This document shows, one piece after another, positions 40,427 through 49,665 of a stretch of DNA of 64,000 nucleotides (the first letter of the stretch is position 1; each line of letters begins with the position of its first letter). A program made the position numbers and the translations under genes. The notes under the pieces were generated by a model that had not been told where the DNA came from, did no database searches, and saw only the letters and a program-made list of their open reading frames with translations. This stretch comes from an uncultured virus (IMG/VR IMGVR_UViG_3300034198_030405) (taxonomy: Duplodnaviria; Heunggongvirae; Uroviricota; Caudoviricetes): the IMG/VR virus record IMGVR_UViG_3300034198_030405; one strand, given 5' to 3'.

Positions 40427-40532
40427 ATGTATATATTTAAGTTGTATAATGGCGTTCAAATACAAAAGAAAAATTACAACATCTAGCATGCGTTTTATGT
40501 AGATTTCTTGTTAATATAGACTATCATATCAC

Positions 40533-41330
40533 ATGAAAATCAAAGTAGCTCACGAAGCACCCATTAGCATCATGAAAGAAGTTGATGATTTAACAGACTA
40601 TTCATATGCGTTAGTTCATTTATTTGAGACACACCCGCAGTATTACGAATACTTTTTTTATGCTCGTCAGCAAGGCAGAGATGTACTGCTTGATAATAGT
40701 ATTTTTGAGTTGGGTGAAGCATTTGAATCGGAAAAATATGCTGAATGGATTAAAAAACTACAACCAACATATTATGTTCTTCCTGATGTACTAGAAGATG
40801 GCTATAAAACTATTGAGAACTTCATTAAGTTTGCATCTACATATGATGATCTCCCAGGCATGAGAATTGGGACAATTCAAGGTAAAACTTATGGTGAGAT
40901 TGTTGATTGCTATAAGTTTATGTCGGATAATGCTAATATGATTGCCATTAGCTTTGATATGTCCTACTATCAATTCACTGGGCTGGGTAATACTAAACTT
41001 GAACTTCAATGCAATGGCAGAATTTCACTCATTGATGATTTGATTCACGATGGTATCTGGAATCATAACAAACCACATCACTTGCTGGGGTGTTCGCTTG
41101 CTCGTGAATTTTCTAATTATATCCGCAAAGGCGTAGGCAACATCTACTCTGCAGACACAAGCAATCCTGTCGTGTGTGGCATCAAGGGATATGCATACAA
41201 CGGAGAATTTGGTTTAGAGATTAAACCGTCACAGAAACTTGTTGAAATGATTGATGCAGAGGTTACAGATGAACAAATGAGAAAGATCAAATACAACATT
41301 AAAAACTTCAAACACATTATTGCAGGATGA
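40533..41330 (+). CDS. TGT-fold guanine transglycosylase, DpdA-like
   Basis: LLDNSIFELG, LPDVL, TIQG, HHLLGC and SADTSNP match TGT-barrel motifs; first gene of the operon ending in queF. Confidence 0.65.
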   Translation: MKIKVAHEAPISIMKEVDDLTDYSYALVHLFETHPQYYEYFFYARQQGRDVLLDNSIFELGEAFESEKYAEWIKKLQPTYYVLPDVLEDGYKTIENFIKFASTYDDLPGMRIGTIQGKTYGEIVDCYKFMSDNANMIAISFDMSYYQFTGLGNTKLELQCNGRISLIDDLIHDGIWNHNKPHHLLGCSLAREFSNYIRKGVGNIYSADTSNPVVCGIKGYAYNGEFGLEIKPSQKLVEMIDAEVTDEQMRKIKYNIKNFKHIIAG

Positions 41331-41887
41331 AAGAAAATAAACAAAAAACAAAGCGTTGTTGGGTAGCAATGTTCTCGCAGACGGGTAGTGAGCTGCATGC
41401 AGTATGCTCAGAGCTTGGCATTTGGCCAGATGCAGTCATTACAAATGCTGAAGAAGTGGATATAAGCAAGTGGGGTAATACCAATTTAATTTGGTTATCT
41501 TATAAAGATATTATCAACAGCAAAACATATAAATCGTTATTCAATGCTTTTTCACCGTATGAAGATCCAGTTGTTACTTTGCATGGGTGGCTAAAAATTG
41601 TACCTGGTGATGTTTGTGAACAGCACCAGATCTTCAATGGACACCCAGGAGATATTGTAAAGTTTCCTCAACTCAAAGGTAAAGATCCTCAGCAAAAAGC
41701 ATATGATCTGAAGATGCCTATGAGTGGATGTGTTATTCATAGAGTCACATCTGAAATTGATGGTGGTCCCATTGCATCATATGACAAAGTAACAATTGCT
41801 CATTGCAAAAATGCTGATGAAGTGATTAATACTCTCAAAAAAACTTCTATTGAACAGTGGAAGAAATTCATTAACACAATATTGTAA
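41327..41887 (+). CDS. PurN-like formyltransferase (candidate DpdN)
   Basis: AMFSQTGSE, LHGWLKIV, FNGHPG, SGCVIHRVTSEIDGGPI. Confidence 0.8.
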   Translation: MKENKQKTKRCWVAMFSQTGSELHAVCSELGIWPDAVITNAEEVDISKWGNTNLIWLSYKDIINSKTYKSLFNAFSPYEDPVVTLHGWLKIVPGDVCEQHQIFNGHPGDIVKFPQLKGKDPQQKAYDLKMPMSGCVIHRVTSEIDGGPIASYDKVTIAHCKNADEVINTLKKTSIEQWKKFINTIL

Positions 41888-41891
41888 CAAC

Positions 41892-42449
41892 ATGGTAATA
41901 TCATTCACAGGAGCAGGTAGCACTGGTAAATCATCTCTTCTTAAATTGTGCAAGCAAGAATTTGGTGATAATTTTACATATGTAGAAGAGGTTACTCGTC
42001 TTGTCAAGAGACAGTATAATGTACCCATCAACGAGCAGGCAGGTGATATGACTCAATTGCTAATACTCAATCAACATCTTACCAATTCGTTCATTAAAGG
42101 TGATGTTATTATGGATAGATGCATCGTTGATGGGTTAATATATACGCACTGGCTTTATAAACATGGAAAAGTAAGCACGTGGGTGCATGATTATGCATGG
42201 CGTTTAGTTAGTTTGCTTATTAACAAAGTGGATATCTTTTTCTATTGTTCAGCAGATTTTGACTTGGTTGATGATGGTGAAAGATCAACCAGCACTGATT
42301 TTAGAAATGATATTGCACAGCAGATTGATTCTTATTTAAATAATTATTGCAAACCAGAACAAATTGTTAAATTATCTGGTAGCATTGAACAGCGCATGCA
42401 CACAATCAAAGAAACACTCAAACAATATGGCACAAACCCTACTCGATAA
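41892..42449 (+). CDS. P-loop nucleotide kinase-like protein (AAA_28)
   Basis: ISFTGAGSTGKS, EEVTR, MDRCIVD, DDGER. Confidence 0.75.
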   Translation: MVISFTGAGSTGKSSLLKLCKQEFGDNFTYVEEVTRLVKRQYNVPINEQAGDMTQLLILNQHLTNSFIKGDVIMDRCIVDGLIYTHWLYKHGKVSTWVHDYAWRLVSLLINKVDIFFYCSADFDLVDDGERSTSTDFRNDIAQQIDSYLNNYCKPEQIVKLSGSIEQRMHTIKETLKQYGTNPTR

Positions 42450-43359
42450 CAGCAACATTAGCGTACATCTTGGCAAGACCTCGGAGTACAAGTCTCAGTA
42501 TGATGCATCTCTTCTTGTAAGAGAGCCTCGTAGCAACAACCGCAAGCATCTAGATATTTCAGATGATAACATACCTTTCTATGGTAATGATACATGGAAT
42601 GCTTATGAGATATCTGCACTCACACACAATGGATTGCCTGTTGCAGGCATTGGAAAGATTGTGTATCCTTGCTCTAGTAAGTATATTGTTGAATCTAAAT
42701 CCATCAAATTGTATTTCAATTCGTTCAACATGACCAAATTGGCTAAAACAGCAGATGAAGTACGCGACGCCATTGCAGCACATGCATCACGTGATTTGAG
42801 TCAGTTGCTAGAGACCGATGTTCAAGTCAAAGTCTTCAGCAATTATGAAGCAATTTGTGAGCAAACATCTGCAGTAGATGAGTATATGATTGATGAGTAT
42901 GAGACTCTTGAAAATATTTATGATGATGATGGTGAGGTGACTGTGTATCAAGAGACACCTAAACTGCTTAAAGTCATTGATCATACTGATCATCGCGGTT
43001 ATAACCGCATGTCATACAAGTATCATAGTGCATTACTCAAAAGTAATTGTCGTGTAACTTCGCAGCCAGATTTTGGTGATATTTTGATTCATTACAACGG
43101 TAGCAAGACTGTGACTCCTGAATCACTGCTGCGCTACATCATTTCTTTCCGTGATGAGTGCCACTTTCATGAGGAGATTTGTGAGACCATTTACAAGCGT
43201 TTGCATGATGTACTGCAGCCAGATGCATTGTCAGTCATTTGTTTGTATGCTCGTCGCGGCGGCATTGATATCAATCCGGAACGTGTTTCATGTGAGACAC
43301 TACTGCACGGCTCGTTGAGTAATATTGAATATTGCCATATTAAAACAACAAAACAATAA
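42427..43359 (+). CDS. queF: NADPH-dependent preQ0 reductase (bimodular)
   Basis: DTWNAYE, ESKSIKLYFNSF, KSNCRVTSQPD, FHEEICE, YARRGGIDINP. Confidence 0.93.
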   Translation: MAQTLLDNSNISVHLGKTSEYKSQYDASLLVREPRSNNRKHLDISDDNIPFYGNDTWNAYEISALTHNGLPVAGIGKIVYPCSSKYIVESKSIKLYFNSFNMTKLAKTADEVRDAIAAHASRDLSQLLETDVQVKVFSNYEAICEQTSAVDEYMIDEYETLENIYDDDGEVTVYQETPKLLKVIDHTDHRGYNRMSYKYHSALLKSNCRVTSQPDFGDILIHYNGSKTVTPESLLRYIISFRDECHFHEEICETIYKRLHDVLQPDALSVICLYARRGGIDINPERVSCETLLHGSLSNIEYCHIKTTKQ

Positions 43360-43396
43360 TTTGTTGCTTGTAACAGCAACAATGGTGGACGCCCCT

Positions 43397-43428
43397 ACCC
43401 GAGCAGCTTTGTGCTGCTCGGGTTTTTT
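43397..43428 (+). terminator. Rho-independent terminator after queF
   Basis: 11-bp stem ACCCGAGCAGC/GCTGCTCGGGT followed by a T run; a second hairpin TTGTTGCT/AGCAACAA lies at 43361-43382. Confidence 0.85.
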
Positions 43429-43468
43429 GTGTTGATTATTTTGCAAAAAGCATATAACATGTCTATAT

Positions 43469-44386
43469 ATGAAATATAATTATTCACTCGGTCTGTGCTG
43501 CATTTCTCTTAAATGTAAAGAGCAAGGCATTAAGTTTCAAACTATGACCTACACGCGGTTTGCTAAACTGCCGCGCAAACAAGCAGAATCAATTCTTGCA
43601 CTGCGCATCATCAACAACTTTAAAGCTGTTGCTAAAATTGTACACATGTGCAAGGACATGGGCATTGAGCGATATCGCATACCGTCAGACCTCGCACCGG
43701 TAATCAACCACCCTCTTGTCAACATGACACTACTCGACTTTGATGATGCAGATAAAATCTTCGATGCCATTGATGAAGCTAAGCAGGCCATTATTGATAC
43801 TAACATTCGAACCAGTGCGCATCCTTCTGAATTCATCTCCCTAACAAGTGAAGATGACGGTGTTGTTGCAAACTCTATTAGAGACCTAGAGCAACATGGT
43901 GAGATCTTTGATCTCCTTGGGTTGCCCCGGGGATACGAGTCTCCTCTTAATATTCACATTCGACAACAAGGCGACGTGGAGAAACTGGGGCAAACGTTTC
44001 GTCGCAATCTATCCAAATGTTCCGACTCTGTACGCAAGCGGTTAGTTGTTGAAGTGAATGACAACAAGCAAGGTCAATGGACTATTCAAGAGCTTTACAA
44101 TCAATTGTACAAGACTGAACAAATTCCGGTAACATATGATAACTTGCATCATGAAATGATCGGAGATGCCATGAGTCATCAAGAAGCATTTGATGTAGCA
44201 TATAGCACATGGCCTTGTCTTCCTGTATTTCACTACAGTGAAGGAATTGATGGTACTCGCAAGCATGCAGACTATGCTAATCTGTTGCCTCAAGATTTCG
44301 GTATGCCTGTTGATTACGAAGTAGAACTCAAAATGAAAGATTTAGCCATTGAAAAAATGCTTTTAAAAATGCGCGCAGCAGCATAA
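43469..44386 (+). CDS. uvsE: UV-damage endonuclease (UvsE/UVDE)
   Basis: LGLCCIS, YRIPSDL, SAHP..F, NIH, RLVVE.ND, YDNLHH, FHYSE, KHAD, EVELKMKD. Confidence 0.88.
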   Translation: MKYNYSLGLCCISLKCKEQGIKFQTMTYTRFAKLPRKQAESILALRIINNFKAVAKIVHMCKDMGIERYRIPSDLAPVINHPLVNMTLLDFDDADKIFDAIDEAKQAIIDTNIRTSAHPSEFISLTSEDDGVVANSIRDLEQHGEIFDLLGLPRGYESPLNIHIRQQGDVEKLGQTFRRNLSKCSDSVRKRLVVEVNDNKQGQWTIQELYNQLYKTEQIPVTYDNLHHEMIGDAMSHQEAFDVAYSTWPCLPVFHYSEGIDGTRKHADYANLLPQDFGMPVDYEVELKMKDLAIEKMLLKMRAAA

Positions 44387-44397
44387 ATAAAAGCATT

Positions 44398-44853
44398 ATG
44401 CCAGCAAAATCAGAAAAACAACGCAAATTCTTCGGTGCCGTTATGGGTGCTAAAAAAAGCAAAGGCAAAGCAACAGGTGCCGCAGCCAAAGTAGCTAAAA
44501 AAATGCCCAAGAAAGAAATCAAGAAATTTCTAAAAAAGGAATCTGCATTTGCCAATGAATTAAATGCTTTAGTTGAACGTGCACAGCCAGGAAATGTTTT
44601 TGATTTTGCATATCAACATGTGATGTCATTATATCTTGAAAAACTTGATGATGTTGGTGAAGAGGATGATGATATCAATAATGATGGTAAAGAAGATAAA
44701 ACAGATGAATTTCTCAAAAATCGTCGCAAAAAAATAAACAAAGCTATTCACGGAAAAGAAGAAGCAGAAGAGCACATGCATTGCAAATATGCTGAAGAAG
44801 GCTGTGATTGCAGTGAGTGTAAAGAATGCAAAGCAAATCAAGACTGTGAATAA
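44398..44853 (+). CDS. Hypothetical phage protein
   Basis: MPAKSEKQRKFFG start; DINNDGKEDKTD motif; TAAATA upstream. Confidence 0.65.
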   Translation: MPAKSEKQRKFFGAVMGAKKSKGKATGAAAKVAKKMPKKEIKKFLKKESAFANELNALVERAQPGNVFDFAYQHVMSLYLEKLDDVGEEDDDINNDGKEDKTDEFLKNRRKKINKAIHGKEEAEEHMHCKYAEEGCDCSECKECKANQDCE

Positions 44854-44855
44854 TT

Positions 44856-45023
44856 ATGGAAATCTTTGCTGAAATATTTACATACGTGCTTGAAGAAAAA
44901 GTTAAAAAGCCCAAGCATGATGCATGTTATCGCAAAGCCAAGAGCAAATACAAAGTATTTCCAAGTGCATATGCAAGTGGATACATTGCAAAATGTCGCA
45001 AACGTGGAGGCAAATTAAAATGA
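44856..45023 (+). CDS. Small basic phage protein (55 aa, below the cutoff)
   Basis: Hand translation ...DACYRKAKSKYKVFPSAYASGYIAKCRK, a motif familiar from T4-like phage proteins. Confidence 0.65.
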   Translation: MEIFAEIFTYVLEEKVKKPKHDACYRKAKSKYKVFPSAYASGYIAKCRKRGGKLK

Positions 45024-45337
45024 TCAAATCTTACAAAAGAATTGAACCATATAGACTAGGAGATAAGAATTATAAAGTAAAGCGAACCTATGATGGCCGC
45101 TTTGCTGTCTATGATTATACAAAAAAAGATTACATAGTTGCAACATTTGATGCAGACGAAGAATCTGAAGCTTATGAATCAGCAGAAAATCGCAACAAAG
45201 AAAATGATGCGAATTTTATGCAGCACTTAAAAAATATAGCTGATTTAAAAAAGCAAGCTCATAGCTTCACACCTGAATCGTTTTTTCGGTATATGGATGG
45301 TTTGATTGTAGAAAACATGAAGACATTCATGCGTTAA
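45020..45337 (+). CDS. Hypothetical protein
   Basis: ATGA-coupled start MIKSYK. Confidence 0.55.
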   Translation: MIKSYKRIEPYRLGDKNYKVKRTYDGRFAVYDYTKKDYIVATFDADEESEAYESAENRNKENDANFMQHLKNIADLKKQAHSFTPESFFRYMDGLIVENMKTFMR

Positions 45338-45422
45338 TGAGTGCACTGAAAATAATATTAAAAAGAATTAACCTGCAACAGCAACAATGCATAAATGCCT
45401 TGCATAGCGAATAAATAAATGT

Positions 45423-45809
45423 ATGCCAGCTTTTAATTTTGAACTCCGCGATGCAACTGCATATAATCCACAGCCACTTAATGCAACCCTTTCTGCATCT
45501 AATGGTACCATTGTCGTAAATTCTTTTGGAACCATTAATAGTAAACGAGTTGTAGCGGTTTTATACAATAATAATTTCACCAATGCAGATACCACCAAGG
45601 TGACACTTTCTGCAGCATATGGCTTGAGCATTACTGTAAACAGGAGTTTCCAGGGTCAAACCATTGCTCTCGAATTCCCTGATCGTACAAGTTCCCTCGT
45701 GACTGTAACAACTGCATTTGGAGTATCCAAAGTTCAGAATGTATCAGCAGCAAATACGGATAATATAAGCCCCAACACACGTAGATTGTGGGCACTTGAA
45801 ATGAATTAA
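45423..45809 (+). CDS. Hypothetical protein (possible small virion protein)
   Basis: TAAATA upstream; S/T/N-rich and beta-like. Confidence 0.6.
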   Translation: MPAFNFELRDATAYNPQPLNATLSASNGTIVVNSFGTINSKRVVAVLYNNNFTNADTTKVTLSAAYGLSITVNRSFQGQTIALEFPDRTSSLVTVTTAFGVSKVQNVSAANTDNISPNTRRLWALEMN

Positions 45810-45844
45810 ACACCAAATTGATTATTCAAATCTTCGTATGACAT

Positions 45845-46192
45845 TTAAGCGAGGTGGAAGCTGCAAAGGTTACTCATTAATATTGCAGCAGGAACCAATA
45901 AACTGACAAGATTCCAATTCTTGCATGAAAAATATCTAGCAGTTCCCGGCTTAGCACTTGAACATTTGTGACGCGCTCTAAATGACTTACGCTTCTTAGG
46001 ATTAGATTTTTTGATTCTCAGATTGGGATCACCATAATGAATGCGCTTAAGCTTACCACCAACACGCGCACAGCGCATGTATTTTTTATCATCTCTAGTT
46101 GATGATTGTTGCCCTGTTACCTTGGTGCAGCGTACACCTTTCTTCGCTTCGAGCAACAGCTGTTCAAATATAATGTTAAACTGACTAATCAT
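45845..46192 (-). CDS. Small basic conserved phage protein
   Basis: YGDPNLRIKKSNPKKRKSFRARHKC...ARYFSCKNW; TATAAATA 5 nt upstream. Confidence 0.7.
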   Translation of the reverse strand: MISQFNIIFEQLLLEAKKGVRCTKVTGQQSSTRDDKKYMRCARVGGKLKRIHYGDPNLRIKKSNPKKRKSFRARHKCSSAKPGTARYFSCKNWNLVSLLVPAAILMSNLCSFHLA

Positions 46193-46206
46193 GTTTATAT
46201 TTATAC

Positions 46207-46240
46207 AAAAAGAGCGCTGGAGTAGCAATCCTCCAGCGCC
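46207..46240 (-). terminator. Rho-independent terminator, copy 2 of a 28-bp direct repeat
   Basis: GCGCTGGAG/CTCCAGCGC stem with a T-rich tail on the minus strand; 46213-46240 is identical to 48073-48100. Confidence 0.85.
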
Positions 46241-46294
46241 AATATGATTTTCTGCTTCAATCTGAAGCACACGATCCTTTTCGTAAGCATAAAG

Positions 46295-47224
46295 CTATCT
46301 AACATAAACAAATAGCCATTCAGCATTTTGCTTAGCTTTATTAGTAAAGTGTGAAAATGTCTTGCCTAATTTTGTTGTTTGAATTAATCTGTATCCCTGC
46401 AGCTCAAATGCAGATTGTACATGATGCTTGTAGGTGCTGTTTATAACTACGCCCCAAATATTTGCAACGCTATTACCAATCATGCAGTTAAGAAATTCTT
46501 GATAATCATTTGTATCCCTAAACTTTTTTTTACTATATTGTTCAATGTTATAGTATGGCGGACACGTGAAGCATGCGTCATTTTTTGTATAAATTTTTGT
46601 GCAGTCGTTATTGGAAACAGAGTGATGCGCATTACAAAAATTAATAATTTTTTCAGCACCAATACATGATGCTTCCCATGCATCATTGTAATGATAGTTA
46701 ATATTTAGTGCACCAAGTATTCTGTGGCCCCACCCACCGCAGGGATCATAAACATCTTTTATATTGTATTGCTGTATAAATTTACGCAACCATAATGGAG
46801 AGAAATGCGAAAAACCGCTACAAATACCAGATATCTTAAACCCTCGAAGTATTTCAGCATTGGTAAATTCGTTTTTGTTTAAATATTTTTTTCTATTAGC
46901 AATTAATTTATCTCTAATTTCTAGATGTTGCCATAGCCGGCGCTCATTATGATAAAAATGTGGCTGAAAGTTTAAAACAATTTTATTGTTACGAGGAGTT
47001 GCGTCATAAGTTCCATCAGATATTTTATACATATTTAATTCCCGCTGAAGCTGCTGTTCTGTATAACACAATGCCAGACAATCATCATTGCTTCTATCAT
47101 TTGAAATCCACCTGTATATAGTAGCAGCAGAAATAATACCCTGCATTAAATCAATGATTGCTTGCTTAGGCATTGATTTGGCCATGAGCATAACTTGCTG
47201 CTTTAATTCAGTTAATTTGATCAT
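46295..47224 (-). CDS. Putative amino-DNA methyltransferase
   Basis: VYDPCGGWGHR (motif I) and FTCPPYYNIEQY (motif IV-like). Confidence 0.75.
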   Translation of the reverse strand: MIKLTELKQQVMLMAKSMPKQAIIDLMQGIISAATIYRWISNDRSNDDCLALCYTEQQLQRELNMYKISDGTYDATPRNNKIVLNFQPHFYHNERRLWQHLEIRDKLIANRKKYLNKNEFTNAEILRGFKISGICSGFSHFSPLWLRKFIQQYNIKDVYDPCGGWGHRILGALNINYHYNDAWEASCIGAEKIINFCNAHHSVSNNDCTKIYTKNDACFTCPPYYNIEQYSKKKFRDTNDYQEFLNCMIGNSVANIWGVVINSTYKHHVQSAFELQGYRLIQTTKLGKTFSHFTNKAKQNAEWLFVYVR

Positions 47225-48008
47225 GTAATGTGTTTGATATTTTTGTATCTGTTTCTTGAAATTTAGCGTTTTTGGTTAAATTTTCTATTTCCCATAGAGG
47301 CTGGTAATTAGAGAAATGGCATATATCTTTGAGATGTTCTGGTGTAAGTTGTTGCAAGCAGCAAAGCGGTTTAATGTGATCTAGATGCCAGCATTGCTCT
47401 CCTCTGCCATGATTGTCCCAGGTCATTCCTGGTCTAAATTGTTTTTCAATGTGTTGTTTGAACTCTTCAATTGTACAGCCTAAATATACAATTGATGGAT
47501 GATGTTTGGAGCAATTAGCATATTTGATGGCCTGTCTAATATGTTCTCTAATGTTGCATTTCATTTTATGCAATGGATCGGTGTTGTATTTTTCGCGTAA
47601 ATGTGGTTTACTTTCAACATAGTGCTTTTGTGCTCTTTGTTTGTATTGCTCCTTGTTATCTAACCGGTGCTGCTTAATGCGAATATTATTTTGTTCTTTT
47701 TTATTTGTGCTCAAACTTTTATACCACTGTTTCCAGTATCTAGCTGTATCACCTGATTCAGCTCGCATTTTTCTATACTCTCTTTTGCGATCATTGACAT
47801 CAACATCCTGCTTTGTTTTTTTGTAACTCTCATTGGACATCTTTTTGATCTTGTTGCGTAGCTCTGGATTTATCCAATATTTTACAGTTTCAGGCCACAC
47901 GTTAAATTTTGCTTTTACAGACCATATACCGTGCATATTTGCATATTCAATTATCTCTCTCTTTTGCTCTTCGGTCCATGTTTTGTTCTTTCTAAATTGC
48001 AACGACAT
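47208..48008 (-). CDS. HNH endonuclease
   Basis: YLGCTIEEF, GMTWDNHG, WHLDHIKP, HFSNYQPLW..ENLTK; TATAAATA 5 nt upstream. Confidence 0.85.
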   Translation of the reverse strand: MSLQFRKNKTWTEEQKREIIEYANMHGIWSVKAKFNVWPETVKYWINPELRNKIKKMSNESYKKTKQDVDVNDRKREYRKMRAESGDTARYWKQWYKSLSTNKKEQNNIRIKQHRLDNKEQYKQRAQKHYVESKPHLREKYNTDPLHKMKCNIREHIRQAIKYANCSKHHPSIVYLGCTIEEFKQHIEKQFRPGMTWDNHGRGEQCWHLDHIKPLCCLQQLTPEHLKDICHFSNYQPLWEIENLTKNAKFQETDTKISNTLHDQIN

Positions 48009-48066
48009 GCTATTATTTATATGAAAGTCTTATTTTTGCAAGATAATTTTTTTGGCGTTTGTGTAT

Positions 48067-48100
48067 AAAAAAAGCGCTGGAGTAGCAATCCTCCAGCGCC
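48067..48100 (-). terminator. Rho-independent terminator after the major capsid gene, copy 1 of the direct repeat
   Basis: GGCGCTGGAG-GATTGCTA-CTCCAGCGC-TTTTTTT on the minus strand. Confidence 0.9.
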
Positions 48101-48122
48101 GATTAATGCTTTGTTCCTTCAA

Positions 48123-49592
48123 TTAGAAGTAGACTGTCTGTGACGCAGGTGTGAATGCCACACCAAGACCCTGAACAATGATTACGTGATAGTACAGATT
48201 AGCACCGAAGATGTTATCAACAACGCCATAACGTGTAAGCAAGCCTACACGTGGAGCGAAGTCGTTTGGACCAATGGTACGCTGCACCATGACAGGAATG
48301 TACGGACAATAGATAATACCAGTGTCATAAAATTCGCTGCCTTTGTAACCAAGTAGTGCATACTCAACGCCTGCGGTTTGACCGGTATAACCGTTGTCAC
48401 CATAGACATTGCTGTTTTGCACTTCAGTACGAGTGTCGCGGTACACATTGAATCTTCCACCAAGGCTTCCTACCTTAGCAACCCCAGTTGCCTGGGTGTT
48501 AACGTTGCCTTGGACAGGTGCCCACTGAAACTCAGGAAGCATTTCAAGGATTGCACACACACGAGGTGTTGCAACGATGAAATTAGCCGAACCGCGACGA
48601 TTACGTACTGCGATGCGATTTGCTTCGATGATGAGTCTCTGGTAGAAGTCACGGTTGCGCTCTACCATCCAGCGACCATCTGCTGAAGCTGGGCTCCAGA
48701 CAGAATAGCCAACGCCGTATGGCTGACTGAGTGCGGTTTGGACCATTCGGATAATCATTTCACGGTCGATTTCAGCCTGGATTTCATATGCCATAGCATT
48801 TGTAATCTCAGCATCAATATCGATACCGTTCATGTTCTTCAGATCCTGTTCCAACTCAACAGACCAACGAGCGCCCAGACGGCGAGTACCGGCTTCAACT
48901 GCTGTCTTTTCAAAACTAACTTCGACTGTTGGGATGTTGCTATTGATTTCGAAATTCTTCAAAATCTCTGCGACACCACGGTCCTGGTTAGCGAAAGTCC
49001 AGTAGCTATTACCGGAGAGTACAGTTGCGGAAGTACCGGTGAAGCGGGTGTCAATGAACTGGTATCCCATTTCATTTTGTCCGTTGCCGGTTCCGTAACT
49101 AACTCCTTGCTGACTGTGCGTGCCTGATGTACCTTGTGTAGATCCGTCAATGCTGTTTGCGTTACCAAGTGTGTTTGTACCATACTTGTAGCGAAGAGCA
49201 AAGGCGAGTCCGACAGGGCCGCTCATTGGCTGCACACCGCATATCTCGTTACTGATAAGTTCAGGGAACGTACGACGAATCATCGGAATCAAAATCTTTG
49301 GAAGACGAGCATCATTTGTAGCATAGCTGTCGGAAGAGGAAATTCCGGTAGGAGGGGAGTATTGACCACCCGCTGCACTACCAAAAGAACCGCCTTGACC
49401 GCCAACGTTTGCTTCGTTCAAGCACCATGCTTCTTGGTTTTCCAAGAGCATTGCGGTATTTAAACGAGTGTGTTCGTTTTCGATGGCTGCGACGTTCTTG
49501 GAGGTGTAATCCAATACTGGACCCCACTTTTCAAGAAGCACCTTAGCGCGATTTTGATCGATATAAGCCTGTGTAGGTTTGATTCTATTCAT
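48123..49592 (-). CDS. Major capsid protein (gp23)
   Basis: LLEKWGPVL, LLENQ, GVQPMSGPVGLAFALR, ELEQDLK, EIQAEIDRE, YCPYIP, TRYG. Confidence 0.97.
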   Translation of the reverse strand: MNRIKPTQAYIDQNRAKVLLEKWGPVLDYTSKNVAAIENEHTRLNTAMLLENQEAWCLNEANVGGQGGSFGSAAGGQYSPPTGISSSDSYATNDARLPKILIPMIRRTFPELISNEICGVQPMSGPVGLAFALRYKYGTNTLGNANSIDGSTQGTSGTHSQQGVSYGTGNGQNEMGYQFIDTRFTGTSATVLSGNSYWTFANQDRGVAEILKNFEINSNIPTVEVSFEKTAVEAGTRRLGARWSVELEQDLKNMNGIDIDAEITNAMAYEIQAEIDREMIIRMVQTALSQPYGVGYSVWSPASADGRWMVERNRDFYQRLIIEANRIAVRNRRGSANFIVATPRVCAILEMLPEFQWAPVQGNVNTQATGVAKVGSLGGRFNVYRDTRTEVQNSNVYGDNGYTGQTAGVEYALLGYKGSEFYDTGIIYCPYIPVMVQRTIGPNDFAPRVGLLTRYGVVDNIFGANLYYHVIIVQGLGVAFTPASQTVYF

Positions 49593-49665
49593 AAATATTC
49601 CTTTTTTCTTATTCTCGATCTCAGGTATTTTTGTACCTCATTTTTGTGATTCCACTAGTACTATA

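Noticed and set aside
41327..41887. purN as an auxiliary purine-biosynthesis gene
   Set aside because: No other pur genes are in the window, and its position between the dpdA-like gene and queF better fits DNA-base formylation. Not formally excluded.
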